Below, one piece after another: positions 14,347 to 38,668 of a stretch of DNA of 64,000 bases; position 1 is the first letter of the stretch, and the number at the start of each line of letters is the position of its first letter. Made by a program: the position numbers and the translations under genes. The DNA comes from the human T2T-CHM13v2.0 reference genome, Homo sapiens. The DNA lies in the NCBI RefSeq assembly GCF_009914755.1, contig NC_060927.1, one strand, 5' to 3'. Below the pieces are notes generated by a model. The model ran no database searches, was not told where the DNA came from, and saw nothing but the letters and a program-made list of their open reading frames with translations.

Positions 14347-15859
14347 TCAAGTATCATGCTATTATTGTGTGCATTTTTTGAAAACCATACATGAAGGAAA
14401 ATGGGTTTTTTGGTGTTATTTCTAATACCGTTATGCTTTGAGGCATATCTATACCATCACTGGTTCTATTAACCTAACAGAAACTATTCTTGGGCAACCA
14501 CAGGCATGACTGGTTGGCTGAATACTGCAAATAGTAATTTAAGACTGTACTGCCATTTTCCACACTACTTCTTTGAAATCAAAACCTATTTTATAACAAG
14601 TATGACTGGGTGGAGCCAGGCCTTTTTGGCTTTGTCTGAAGTCATCTGATAGATATGAAAAGGTGAAATGTGCTTCAATCTCATATGCCCTGGACTGCAA
14701 CTCTTAAGAAAAATACAGGAAGATGATGAATTAGGAAGCTAATTCTAATAAATGTGGAAGTTCTGCAGTTATACAACTAATATTCTAATACTTGCAAAGA
14801 CATAATTTGCTTGCTCTTGACTCTCAAAATATAGTTGTTAAACTTCCATGTTAGTGGATATACAATTACAGTTACAAAAAGAAACTGAATTAATCTCCTG
14901 ACTCAGAAAATATCAGGCATTTCCTATTATGGTCAGTGTTTTACTAGACCAAAGGGACGTTTTAAAACCCTACTTAACTACTCCAATGGGAGATACAGTA
15001 GTAATTACAACAACAACACAACTTTTAAAATATTTCGGTATTCTTCCCTAACCCCTGAAATAAGAGGCATTCCACAATCCCAAATGAAGAGGGAATTCTA
15101 TTTGATACCACTTTGCCCTTTGTTCTAAGTGGTTTCTTAGAACACTACTTTCAATGACACAAACAGAGCTAGGGCACATAAAATAAGAACACTGTAAACC
15201 TCATAATCCCCACTCCTTTTTTAATCCATGTTCTATTTTATTTGTATTAAATCTTAGATTCCTTTGGATGCTGTGTATTTGATTAAGCCTTCGCAAGTAA
15301 AATCACATCTGTCTACCTGAAACTTCAAACTCTTGGTTTCACAAGTGTTGGTTAAAAAAGAAAATGGACATACTGAACAGATAAGGGAAGGCCAATAATG
15401 CCAGGGGAGACAGATAATGAAACTGAAGAGAATAAAATTCTGTTCTGTAATTAATAACTCTGAAAATGTCCTTGCAAGGTTGTCTATAGGAAGATCTCTG
15501 GTGACATCTGCACCAAAATCAAAGTTTTAACATTATCTCTAATTCTCTGCATGTTAATTGGCTAAATGCATTCAAACTGGCATCTGTAATTGGCATCTAA
15601 CTCCTAAAGCTAAATCAAGGAGAAGCAAGGACTGCTATCTTGTCACTTCCCTGTTAAGGCCTAAATGTAAACAAACAACCTGTAACTGGTAGATTCCTTC
15701 TCTTAAAGATAATAAACTGTCAGGAAAAGCAAGTAAAGTGCATAAGTAGATTTCTCATACAGTCTTTCAGTCATTTAAAAAGTTTGGAGATACTAGGTAA
15801 ACAAACTTTACAAACTTCCTGGATTTTTTTAATTAGATGTCAACAAATGTCAACTACAA

Positions 15860-16670
15860 AAGAAATCTGCCATTTTTTGGTCACCAGTCATCCAGCCCCT
15901 CTTCTTAACACCACTCAACTTCCTTTTGAGGAAATACCTTTCCTGCACTGTGCCTGGTCTGTAGAATGGCAAATCAGACATTCTGCCCCTCAAATACAAA
16001 ACCTGAAAGGGTCCCAGGCTCTCTTCAGAAACACCTTTCCTCCTACAGTCTGGTACAGTCAAGGGCAGAGCCACAACCTAAGTTGCAGCCAGCAAGGCTC
16101 TTGCTCAGGAATCTGAATCTGGACATAGAGTGAAGGAACAGCTGACGTTCACTTTTTCCTTCTAGCAGTATCCCCAAACAGGACTCCAAGAGAGTCCAGG
16201 TCCAGAAACCCTCAGGAGCTGCCAGGTCCAGCTGCCAGGAATAGCAGACTATTCCAATCTTCTCTTGGAGCCTTTGACCTTGTTCATTTTCCTCTAATAA
16301 ATACCCTTTATGCCTAAGTTAGGCAGAATCAACCTTAAAAAGTAATAGATAGTGCTGTCCAGTTTCCTGCCCTTCCTTGACACAAAAACATTTCCCAGCC
16401 CCCTTAGAGTCAGGCAGGGCCATGTGACTAGTTCTGGCCAATTAACTGAAAGTGGAAATGATGTATGTATTCCTATGTGCAATTTTCCATACTCTCTTCC
16501 TCTGCCTCAGTAAACTGTAAGGCACTATGCTGGATAGAAACGCCACAGAAAATGAAAGCAGCCTGGAGTGCTGAGGTTAGCTGCCCACAAAAGCCACCTA
16601 GGCCTGCAGCAACCCTCTGAGATTTTGATGGTTTTTGTTACCGTAACATAAGCTAGCCTATCCTGACTGA
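15860..16670. mobile_element. Degenerate old MaLR/ERVL LTR fragments (MLT1-like)
   Basis: Motifs such as TTTCCCAGCCCCCTTAGAGTCAGGCAGGGCCATGTGACTAGTTCTGGCCAAT and AGCTAGCCTATCCTGACTGACA. Confidence 0.55.
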
Positions 16671-17294
16671 CAGATAACCCTAATCATTCAATTCAAAAAC
16701 ATCACTCTAGCTAGAGGTAGTCATGAAGGACTTGTATTACTTTAAAAGAATTGCTAATAAAGCAGTAAACTATTGCATCCATATCTTAGGGTAGAGAAGC
16801 ATTTGTATAGCAGCTAAGATCTGTACCAACATTTACGTCATGAATCTGACACCAGGGTTGCAAAACACCAACCACTAGAGAAGCAGCACATGAACCACAG
16901 ACTGTATACAACATTCTGGAAAAGGCAACGCCATGAAGACGGTAAAAAGGTCAATGGCTGCCAGGGGTTAGGGGAAAGGAAAAATAAAAAATAGGCAGAG
17001 CACAGGGGCTTCGTAGGGTAGTGAAAATACTCTGTATTATACTATAATGGTAGATAGATGTTTTAATACATTCTTCTCAACCCAAAGAAATTTATAACAC
17101 CAAGAGCAAAGCATAATGTAAACTACAGACTTTGGGTGACAATAATGTGTCAATGTAGGTTTATCGACTAGAACAAATGAACCACTTTGGTGCAGGATGT
17201 TAATAGGGAAGGCTGTACATGTGTGAGGGCAGGGGTATATGAGATGTCTTTGTGCCTTTCTCTCAATTTTGATGTAAACCTAAAACTACATTTT

Positions 17295-19782
<2,488 letters not shown>

Positions 19783-20586
19783 AAAACTACTCTTTAAAAA
19801 AAATTTGTTTTCATTTTAAAAAGTATACTGATCAATCTTGCCATGCAGACTAAGTCAAGAAATTAGGTATCGAATTGCAATAAATCTGTAATAAATCTAT
19901 AGTTCAAAATTAATTACTCAATTAAAATTACTTTTTCCATTTCTGGTGAATAGCAGACAAAATCTTCTGCATATTACTCCTACTGAAAGGAACAAAAAAT
20001 GCTGGATAAAATATCTTTATAAAATGCATACTTAAATTTGCAAGACGTTAAGAAAACCTCAAAGACCAAAAATAGAAAAGAAGAAAACTGAAGAAAAGGG
20101 GGAAACAGAGAAAACAGGACAACAGAGAGATAGAGAAAGAACAACAGAGAACAAATAGAAACAACAGAGAGAATCAGAATACTTTAACCCCAGGTGGATG
20201 GGGGGAGATGTGCTAAACTCTTGGTGACCTCGAAATGACCTTTTGAAATGGAACAAGGGACAACCCTCAGCTCCTGCCCATAGTGTAGTATCAAATAGGA
20301 GACCATTAATATTAAGTTGGTAACTCAAGGATATATGAATAAGAAATGAACCAGCCTGCAACAGAGTCTGGCAAGAAATGTTGAGACCTTGATACTAAAA
20401 GAAGCAGTGGTGAAAAAAATCTCCCCTGAGAATCAAATCAAGTCTCAAAAGCAGGTCTGCAGCTCACATTCACAATGACTCACCTGGGAGACCAGAGATT
20501 CAAACACCTGGGAGTCTGCTAGGCTGGAAAACTGAAACACTGCCTCTAATGAAGTCAAAATGCTACAATTTCCCCAGCATACTCTG

Positions 20587-20775
20587 GAGCAGTGGTTCTT
20601 AAATTTTAGGGTGCATCAGAATCACTGAAGAGTCTGTAAAAACATAGATTGCAAAACCCCTTCCTCAGAGTTTCTCATTTAGTAGATCTGGGGTAAGGCC
20701 TGAGAATTTGCATTTCTAACAGGTTGCCAATTAATGCTCATGCTGCTGGTCTAGGAGCACACTTTGAGAACTGCT
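20587..20775. mobile_element. MER5A-like hAT DNA transposon
   Basis: CAGTGGTTCTTAAA...GCATCAGAATCAC...CACACTTTGAGAACTGCT. Confidence 0.75.
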
Positions 20776-20908
20776 ACTGTGGTACTCAATATTGCCTGCA
20801 CATGAGAATCACCCATATAGCTTTAAAGACTAGAGACACTTCCATCCACCCCCAGAGATATGGATTAAATGATATGGGGTACAGCCTGGGCATAAGAACT
20901 TATTTAAA

Positions 20909-21639
20909 TGTTAAAATAGAGAGCATTAAGACTGACAGAACAGACTCCTCATGGCAATAAGATGCTAAATCATAAACAAGACCTAAGGCCATGCTAGGCA
21001 AGGGTTAGATCACGTACCCTACACTTAAAGAATAAACTATGTTCTAACTGCCACAGGATTTTTTGTTTTTCTCGAGCAGCTAAATAAGCACTGGCCTCAA
21101 GACAGGCACTACTGAAACAACTGCAGCCCACTGACAGCCAGATGCTGACTAACTCAAAACCTCCCCTATTCACAAGCCAAAGCAACAGTTTTGATTGGAC
21201 GAGAGACTGATTTCAGTAACTTTCTCCTGATAAGAGATCATGGACCATGGACTGGTTCTGGCCGGTTTACAGAGGCTGTGTAGTGAGTGCCTTCCCATCT
21301 TCTGCTTCACCTAGGGCCTAATTGTAATGCACTTAAATGTTAAGTCTCCACCCCAAAGTGAACATGGGCTGCATGTAACATGCATGTTTACTTTCCACAC
21401 ATGCATGTGACCCCCCTTCATGAATATTCACAGCTTATCCTATAATCATTAAACATGTATACTTAGCCAACTCATTTGGCATAAATTCCTGTTCCATTCT
21501 TCCCTCCCTCGAAGTGCCTGCTTTCAGTTTCTGCCAGAGGCCACACTTCCCAGCCTGTCAAGATAGCCAACCTGCAGGCTGCATAAGAAATCAACCTTTC
21601 CTCTTCAAATTTAGGAGCCTCGGGATTCTTCAGTTAACA
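20909..21639 (+). mobile_element. ERV1-class solo LTR (MER4 group, subfamily uncertain)
   Basis: TG...CA bounded ~730 bp element with typical MER4-group LTR motifs. Confidence 0.6.
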
Positions 21640-21734
21640 CCAACATGCCATCAATGTTGAGAACCACTGCCAGAGAGGACAGAATCTAAAAGCTCTGGAA
21701 ATTGAAAACACTGGAATGACTCAACAAAGTACAG

Positions 21735-22430
21735 CCTGCTCAGCCACCCCTTAAACCATCCCTCTTACGTGACCCTGGGAGACTGTCTTAATGAAGGGGA
21801 CACCAGCATCTTTGAAGAGCTCTAAGGTGGCTATCCTTATAGGCCAGAGATGACAGTGAGAAATACTAACAATGGAATTTGGTTCTCTGACCACAGTGGA
21901 AATCATGAGATCTGGGATTAGTAAAGGCCAGTAGCAGCCCTTATCTGCACAGACAAGGTGGGCAAAACTGCCACAGTGAGTCAAAGGGCAATGTGGTGAT
22001 CAGAATATTCTGACCCACAAGAATCAACGGTAAATTGAGCATCAGGTGTCTGTCTCCTAAGTTGATGCTTGATATTTAATAAGAAAATTTCTAGATTTAC
22101 TGAGCAGAAACCTAACTCAAGTCCCATAAAGAATTCACAGCTTCTTACCCAGATCCCAGATCTAACCTGCTTCATAGACCTAGAGCTCCCCAAGTAACCT
22201 AGAGAGAGGTTCCTTGAAACCCTTGCAAAGTGGCCATAGTTCCAAAACACTTTCCTTCCCCAGGGAGTCTTCAGCATTTATCATGTGACTGAGCACTGAA
22301 GAAATGGAATTACCCAGACCCTTTCAAGTGCCACCACAGTCCAATACTCAAGAACTTACCTAGATCAGGTGCTACCTGGAGTCTTAGCCCAAATCCATCT
22401 CACATCTGTTCAGTGGGCCTATACACCCAT
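21735..22430 (+). mobile_element. Degenerate ERVL/MaLR internal fragment
   Basis: Resembles MaLR-int sequence (GGGGCACCAGCATCTTTGAAGAGCTC, CCCAGATCCCAGATCTAACC). Confidence 0.5.
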
Positions 22431-24002
22431 CCTTGGCTTAAAAAAAAAAAAAAAAAAAAAAAAAACTATCGGGATCACAAGAGATAACAATGCATACGTC
22501 ATCTCAGAGATATATCACAGAATCGGCCTCTGAATTCCCCCTTTTAATCTACCCACCAAGCAACTGCATGGCAGTGGCTAAAAGAGGAAGGTGCAAAAAA
22601 AGACTGGCAGTCAGCAGAGGCCTCCCCATTCTGAAACCTACCTATGATAACAGTAACAATGCTCTGCGTCTTCTTACCAATATAGGGTACCTTGACCACG
22701 ACTCTTAGCAACTATACTGGAAAGAGAAACATACCCGTTTTCTAATCTCACAGCTGCCCTCTGGAAACCACAAACAAAACCTGATGAATATGGAGGGAGA
22801 AACCATTCCAGGCAGAGAAAACCAAGCCAGAGGCATATAATCCAGGTACTGCCACACTGTTGTGGCAGGTCCCCACTTCTGTATCTAATGTAAGCATCTA
22901 CTGCAGTGTGGATGATACATACATTTATCAAGGGTTATATGACACACATTTTGAAACAGAACCACAACTATGCCTCCTATATGAATGTTTTCTTAAGAAG
23001 CCAAGTTACTATTGCCCTGTAATTAAAATTGGGTCCTTTAGATACCGTAATAACTTAAGTTATGGCATAGAGAACTCCAATATTACAATGTTGAGCTTGC
23101 TAAATATAACTAGTATTATTTACTTGTTACTATACTATTAAAAGTCATATCTTCAACACTCCTCAAATAGTAGAAATACAAAGGAAGCTCACTTTAAATT
23201 GCATTTTTCTGCTTCAGGGATCAGCTCTGATTAGTTGTGTTTTATGCAATTCTTTCCATCTCTAATTCTGTTTCCATGTTTCTTTCATCTAGTAGAAAAT
23301 TAAATGTGATGCTTTGCTAGGTTCCCAAGGATTACTAACTTACACTACATTCAAATATGTTAGTCTCATACCTGCTGCCCTAAAAAATACAGCAAAGGTA
23401 CATTCATAGCCTAGGTAAAACGAGCACCAAAATTAAGTCATAGCAGCAAACATAGAAGCTAAAAATTGTTCTATGAGACGTCAGATAAGAAATTAAATGA
23501 ATTCCATCATTTTAAGAAATTAGAAAGCATGTCTTTAAAGAATTCTTTGATGTGAGATGTTTAATTTGTATGCAAAAGTGATTCAAATGTGGCAGTTCCC
23601 CAAATGATATGTACTTCAGCATCACAGCTTAATATAAGAAACAAATCCAGAATGTTTCACTTCATTCCACACAAAAATGTGATTATTATTCAACTCTTGC
23701 TTTATCATTTTCAACAAATTTGCCTCTCCTACTGTCCAAAAAGTAACAAAAAAAGAAGTCTATTTAGCTGTCAGATACAAGGGTAAATTCACTGAAATTA
23801 ACAATATGGAGGATTTAAATGATATGTCTAAGCTTGGGGCTACAAAGAAGCAAGAAATAATCAAACACTGTGTCTGATGTAAAATATGGCAACCTATGGC
23901 CCCTCAAAATATACAGTGTACAAAACAACTAAGAAAACTACACCAAAGCAGGAATGGGATACAAAGTACTCCATGAGGACACATTAATAAATAAATAAAT
24001 AA

Positions 24003-24133
24003 ATATATATATATATATATATGTATGTATATATATATGTGTATATATATACACATATATATATATGTGTATATATATACACATATATATATATGTGTAT
24101 ATATATACACATATATATATATGTATATATATG
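24003..24133. repeat. Compound (TA)n/(TG)/(CA) microsatellite
   Basis: Seen directly; ~28-nt higher-order unit ATATATATATATGTGTATATATATACAC. Confidence 0.95.
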
Positions 24134-24189
24134 TAAGCTCAACTTCAGCTTCAAATCCAACAGGATAGTCTTTCCAGAAAAGCATCTAA

Positions 24190-24420
24190 GAGTTCAAGAC
24201 CAGACTCAGCAACATGGTGAAACCCCATTTCTACAAAAAATAAAAAAATTAGCCAGGCGTAGTGGTGCACCCCTGTGGTCCCAGCTACTTGGGAGGCTAT
24301 GGTGGGTAGACTGCTTGAGCCAGAAGGGAGGCAGAAGTTGCAGTGAGCCCAGACTGCCCAACTGCACCACAGCCTGGGTGACAGAGTGAGACCTTGTATA
24401 AAACAAAACAAAACAAAAGA
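24190..24420 (+). mobile_element. 5'-truncated Alu
   Basis: Starts mid left arm and ends in an (AAAAC)n tail. Confidence 0.85.
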
Positions 24421-24814
24421 CTAAGCCAATTAGTCTTCTAATTGCTTCTCTTCACTTCTCACAGCTTTTCTTCCTTTGCTTTCCTATTAGACTGGATAAA
24501 CTAGGTCCTGGGTAAAAGACTCAGAAACACAGGGCTTTGTGCAAGAGGGTTTGTAAGTGGCCACTCTCTCCCTCAAAGAGATCCAACCCCTCTCTTGACT
24601 GAAACTCAGCTATCTTCTGGAGAACAGCATAAACTAGGCTGACTAACTTCTTTCACCAAGAATTCTCCAGCACAAACCTGGTTTCTGTAGAGCCCTATTC
24701 TCTTTCCCTAGAGGGCCAGCTTTCCCCATCTCTGAGATGACACTTCATATCTCCTCCTCTACTCAAATCCCTTGGGTACTCATTATTCTCTTTCTAATGA
24801 ATGATATTTCCAAT

Positions 24815-32050
<7,236 letters not shown>

Positions 32051-32474
32051 TTATTCTCTTTCTCACGGTGACCTTGCTGTACCCCAGAGTCAGAAGCCAC
32101 TATATATTAGATAGCTCATTCAAGGCTGGGTGTGGTGTTTCATGCCTATAATCCCAGCACTTTGGGAGGCCAAAGCAAGCAGGTTGCTTGAGTCCAGGAG
32201 CTCAAGAAGATAAATCATCCAACACTAAATCTTATCCACTTCATTTACATTTATTCATCTTTTCTTCCTGTTATAGTGGATAGTGTCCCTTCCTTCTCTG
32301 ATCTAAGACCAATTACCCTAGGTCATTCCCTTCCACTCATTTTAAGAACTATCTACCCTCAGTTGGCCTTTCTCCAACCTCTATCTTCAATGCCCAGATT
32401 CCCCCCAGGATTAATCTTTTCCATTAGCCCTTACATATGCCTCACACTCAGAGCCAAACTTTTTCTAAGACTTA

Positions 32475-32795
<321 letters not shown>

Positions 32796-33821
32796 CCTTA
32801 TCTAGATGTAGATTCACCACTTGTTCACTTCTAGTTTTCTATACAATCACCCCAATCTGGCTCCCATCTCAAATTTTTCTTTGTGAGTCACTAATAACCC
32901 TATCTTACCAGATCCAATAGAAATGTCTATTTTCAACTTATGTAACTCAAAAGTAAAAAAGATGACCATTTTCTCCTTCACAGAACACACACCTCTCTTT
33001 CCCTCCATTAGCAACTTTCTGGAGTTTCTACTTAACCGTTGCTCCTTCTCAGTCTCCTTTATTACTTCAACTTCCTCTCTTTAATATCCTTGGCCCATCG
33101 GAAAGTTCCACAAAGACAGGGACAACACCTGTTTTGCTTATTTGCCTCCAGGGCCTACCCAATTACTTGGCTCAAAGAAGGTGCTCATTAAATATTTGTT
33201 GACTGGATACCAAAAAATTTTTTTAAATAAATTTAAAAAACCCTCAATTCATACCTAACTCCCTATACAAAATTAACTAAAATTTTATTGTAGGTTAAAA
33301 TACAAAACTCAAAACTACAAAAATTTTAGAAACACACACGAGAAAAACTCTGTGACCTTGCATAAAAAGACTTAAGACAACAAAAGAACCATTCGTAAAA
33401 GAAAAAATTGGCAAGTTGGACTTCATCAAAATTAAGAATGTTTTAAAGATACCATAAAATAAAAAGACAAGCCACAGAGAAAATATTGCCAACCATATGT
33501 TGGATAAAGAACTTGTATCCAGAATATTTTAAAAACTCAGATACAGATGTTTACACAGACAAGAACAGACAGATGATAGGGAGATAACAGTCAAAACTCA
33601 GTAACAAAACAACTTCAAACAATTTTAGACATGATTTCCCTCAATTGAGTTGGTCCACACCCATTCAGCCTCATCTACCACCACATGCAAGCTATATGTA
33701 CATCGTAAGACCTCCACTATGCTGTTATCGTTCATGCTGTGTTGCTTGTCTTGTACCTTCTCATAAAGCTAAGTAGACCTGATGTTGACTGAATATAATT
33801 AAGTATCAATATATATTAATG

Positions 33822-34157
33822 CAGCAGTCCCCAACCTTTTTGGAACTGGAGATCAGTTTTGTGGAAGACAATTTTTCCATGGACCAGGGTTAGGGGGATG
33901 GTTTTGGGATGAAACTGTACTGCCTCAGATTATCAGGCATTAGATTTTCATAAAGTGTGCACAACCTACATCCCTCGCATGCGCAGTTCACAATAGGGTT
34001 CACGCTCCTATGAGCATCTAATGCCACTGCTGATCTGACAGGAGGCAGAGCTCAGGCAGTAATGCTCACTGGCCCACCACTCACCTCCTGCTGTGCAGCC
34101 CGGTTCCTAACAGGCCATAAACCAGTCCTGGTCCACAGCCCGGTTTGGGGACCCCTG
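33822..34157. mobile_element. MER1B (hAT-Charlie) DNA transposon
   Basis: TIRs CAGCAGTCCCCAACC / GTTTGGGGACCCCTG and a perfect 8-bp TSD TATTAATG at 33814-33821 and 34158-34165. Confidence 0.9.
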
Positions 34158-35971
34158 TATTAATGTATCTACTATAATATGCGCTTGTGTATGTGTGATT
34201 CACAGCATATGTGTGTTGAATTCATCAGGGAAGTCATCTAAGCCTGGAACTGTTATCATTATTAAAAACTGGAAGGTTTTTAATAATGTACTAACAGATA
34301 TAGGGCTCCCCAAATTTTTCTATCAGTTCCAGAAAGTTCTGTTATTCAAGCACTTTTTCCATTTGTCAAGTATGAAATTATTCAGATTATCCCCTTAGTA
34401 TCTTTTAACATACATTAGACTCATATTGCTATCTCCCAGTCTTGACGTTAGTAATTTGTATTTTCTCTTTACTTTCTTTTGATCAATCTAGCTAGAGATT
34501 TAAAAATCTTATGCAATTTATCAATATGAACTATTGGTTTGGTTTCATCTCTTTTATTCTTTTCTACCTCTGGGAACACAGGACATCAATTTTTTATCTA
34601 TTGTTACTTATCGAGTTCATTGAGTTCAGCTCTTACTTTTATTATTTCCTTTATTTGAATTGCATTGGGTTTAATTTACTCTCCTTTTTCTAGCTTCTTA
34701 AACTGGAACTTAAAACATTCTTGATTTCTAATACAGTGGCTCCCAAAGAATAGTCCCTAAACCAGCAGCATCAAAAGCCACAAGGGCACTTACCGGAAAT
34801 GCGAATTACTGTGCCCCACTCAAAATCTACAGAGTGAGAAACTTTGGAGGTGGGGTCTGACAATCTGTGTGTTTTGTTGTTTTGGGGGGGCAAGGTGTCA
34901 CCCAGGCTGGAGTGCAGTGACAAGATTCTGGCTCACTGCTAACTCCGCCTCACAGATTTAAGCGATTCTCATGCCTCAGCCTCCCAAGTAGCTGGGATTA
35001 CCGGTGTGTACCACCATGCCCAGATAATTTTTGTACTTTCAGTAGACAGGGTTTCTACTAAACCACCCTTGGCCAGGCTGGTCTCAAGCTCCTGGCCTCA
35101 AGTGATCTGCCCGCCTCAACCTCCCAAAGTGCTGGGATTACAGGCATGAGTCACCACGCCCAGCCTGACAATCTGTGTTTTAGTAAACCTTCCAGGCAAT
35201 TGTGATGCACAGAGTCTTCAGAACTACTGCTCTAATCTGAGCATTTCAAGTTATGAATTATTTCACTCTTACACCCAATTTAGCAGCATCACAAATGTGG
35301 TGATGTGTTGGGTTCCCCTTATTACTCAGCTTTAAATATTTTCTAAAAATTTGTGAGATTTTATTGACCCATGAGTTACAAGCATTTTTCTTAATTTCCT
35401 GACATTTGGGGGATTTTCTAGATTTCCTCTTGTTAGACATTTCTAATTTAATTCCATCATGGTCAGAGAACATATTATAAATAATTTCAATACTTTGTTA
35501 TAAAGAGATGTTTTATGGCCAAGAATATGGTCTGTTTTAGTGACTATTCAGTATGCTTTCAAAATAAAGGTATTGTATAATCGTGGGAATTAGCATTCTA
35601 TAAATGTTATTTCAATTTCATTAATATCATTCAAATCTTCCATGTTCTCACATAATTTTTATCTACTTATTTTAAAAATATCCAACAATAATGAATTTGT
35701 CATTATCAAATTCTTTTAGTTCTGTCAATTTTTCTTTCATATATTTTAAAGTAGTCTCATTTCACACAGACAAATTAAGGATTGTTAATGCTTCCTAATG
35801 AACTGAAATTTTCATTATTATGAACTGTTTTTATCTCTAGTAATACTCCCTTAATTTCTACTGTTATTAATATAGCTACTTAAGCTTTCTTGTTACTAGT
35901 GTTTCCATGGTATATCTTGTAAGTCTAACTTCCCATTTAAAGTATGTCTCATATAAACTGTATATAGCTAG

Positions 35972-36142
<171 letters not shown>

Positions 36143-36488
36143 TAATTTTTTTTGTATTTTTTTTTTAGTAGAGACAGGTTTCATCATGTTGGTCAGAGTG
36201 ATCTTGAACTTCCGACCTCAAGTGATCCACTCGCCTTGGCCTCCCTGTATGCTGGGATTACAGGTGTGAGCCACTGGACCAGCTAGGTCTTTTTTTTCCC
36301 CCCCAATATGACAATCTCTGCCTTTTGATGGGAATATTTAGGCTACTCATATTTAATACAGTTATTAATATGGTGAGGTTTAAGTCTATCATCTTGTCAT
36401 TTGCTTTCTATTTGCCCCATTTTATCTTTCTTCCTTTATTCCTCCTTTCCTGACTTATTATTCCTGATTAGATGGTAATTTAGTTTTT

Positions 36489-36584
36489 AAGACTAGTCAA
36501 GTGAAGCAGTGGGAGTGGAGAAGAAACAAATCTGTAACTAGTTACAATCAATTAGTTGTAAACACCATGGCACTATGATTAGCC
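36489..36584 (-). pseudogene. Y3 RNA (RNY3) retropseudogene
   Basis: The reverse complement GGCTAATCATAGTGCCATGGTGTTTACAACTAATTGATTGTAACTAGTTACAGATTTG...CTCCACTCCCACTGCTTCACTTGACTAGTCTT resembles full-length hY3 and is followed by a short A tail. Confidence 0.88.
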
Positions 36585-38317
36585 AAGTATTCCTTTTTAT
36601 CTCTTCTATTCACTATTTAGTAATTACTCTTGTTTTTCAGGGTTTTTTTTTTAACTGGATAGTCTTCCAATTATAATAGCATGCATAAATTATCAGAAGT
36701 AACCCTGAATCAACATTATATTATTTCACATATGTGTAAGAACATATACAATATTAGCTCATAATATTATATTATGGGCTATACAGGGCACCATGGCTCG
36801 TGCCTATAATCCCGGCACTTTGGGAAGCTAAGGCGGATGAATCACCTGAGGCCAGGAGTTCAAGACCAGCCTGGCCAACATGATGAAACCCCATCTCTAC
36901 TAAAAAATAAAATAAAAAAATTAGCCGGGCATGGTGGCACACACCTGTAATCCCAGTTACTCGGGAGGTTGAGGCATGAGAATCACTTGAACCCAGGAGG
37001 TAGAGGTGCAATGAGCCAAGATTATGCCACTGCACTCCAGCCTGGGTGACCGGGTGAGACTCTGTCCAAAAAAACACTCACATATACAATATATACATAA
37101 AACATAATATACACATAAAATATAGGGATACAATAAAATCCACATTAAACACTTCCGCATGTGTTCCTCCAACCCTTTGTACAACTGCTGTCATATATTT
37201 TGCTTCTACTTATGTTATAAAACACACATTTTTCTGGCCTTAATAGATTTAACAAGTTATGAAAAATTGTTTATTTTCCAACATATTTACCACTATAGTA
37301 CTCTTCAATTATTCTTGTAAACCCAGGTTTATATTTGCTCATTTAACTTTAACAAGAAAAACTCACTTTAACATTTCTAGTCAAATTCTCTCAGTTTGGA
37401 GACTAATTTACTCATTTTTTTCCTTATTTCCCTTTTATTGTTGACAGTATTTTCACAAAATACAGAATTCTGGGATAGCAGATTTTTTTCTTTGAACACT
37501 TTAAAAATATTGTTCCACTGTCTAATGGCATCTATGGTTTCCAAGGAGAAGTCAGCACGCATTCATATAACTGTTTCCCAGCATGGAATATATAGGATTT
37601 CTCTAATTGCTTTTAGGACTTTTCTCTTTAGTTTTGATATTCAGCAGTTTGACCATGATGAGCCTAGATGTAGTCCTCTTTAGATTATCTTGGTCAGGGT
37701 TCGGTGTGATTCTTGGAATGTGAGCTGACATTATCATCAATTTGGAAACATTTTCAACAATTATCCCTTCAAATATTCCTTCTATCTCATTCTTTCATCT
37801 CCTTCTGAGAGTCAAATCATGTGACTGTTAGATAATTTTATGTAATATTATTCCACAAAGTCTCAGACACTGTGTTCTGTTTTCTTCATTCTTTTTGCTT
37901 TGTGTGTCAGTTTGAGTCATTTCTATTAAACAGACCTATAATTCACTGATTCTGTCTTCTATTATGTTCTGACTGTGACGTCCATCCAATAAGTGTTTTT
38001 GAACTTTTATTGTGAAATAATTATAAACTCACAGGGAATAGAAAAAGCAGTACAGAGAAGTCCCATATGTCCTTCCTCTAGTTTCCCATAATGGTAACAT
38101 CTTACATAATTATAGAACAATATTAAAGCCAAAAGTCTGCCATTGGTACAATGTGTATATATAATTCTACATCACTTTACCACGTGTAGATTCACACAAC
38201 TACCACTGCAATCAAAAAACAGAACCAATCAATCATGAGGAAGATCTCCCTCATACAATCCTTATGCACTCAAACTCTCCCTCTTCTTCTAATATCCCTA
38301 ACCCCTGGCAACCACTG

Positions 38318-38668
38318 TGATATAGTTTGGCTCTGTGTCCCCACCCAAATCTCACCCTGAATCGTAATAATCCCCACATGTCAAGGGTGGGACCAGGTGG
38401 AGGTAACTGAATCATGGGGGTGGTTTCCCTCATGCTATTCTCATAACAGTGAGTTCTCACAAGATCTGATGGTTTTATAAGGGGCTTCTCCCTTCACTCA
38501 GCACTCATTCTCTCCTCCCGCCATGTAAAGAGGTGCCTTCTGCCATGATTTTAAGTTTCCTGAGGCCTCCCCAGCCATGTGGAACTGCAAGTCAATTAAA
38601 TCTCTTTTCCCTATAAATTACCAAGTCTTGGGTATTTCTTCATATCAGCATAAGAATGAACTAATACA
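38318..38668. mobile_element. THE1-type MaLR solo LTR
   Basis: TGATATAGTTTGGCTCTGTGTCCCCACCCAAATCTCA...CTAATACA, with a 5-bp TSD CACTG/TACTG (1 mismatch). Confidence 0.88.
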
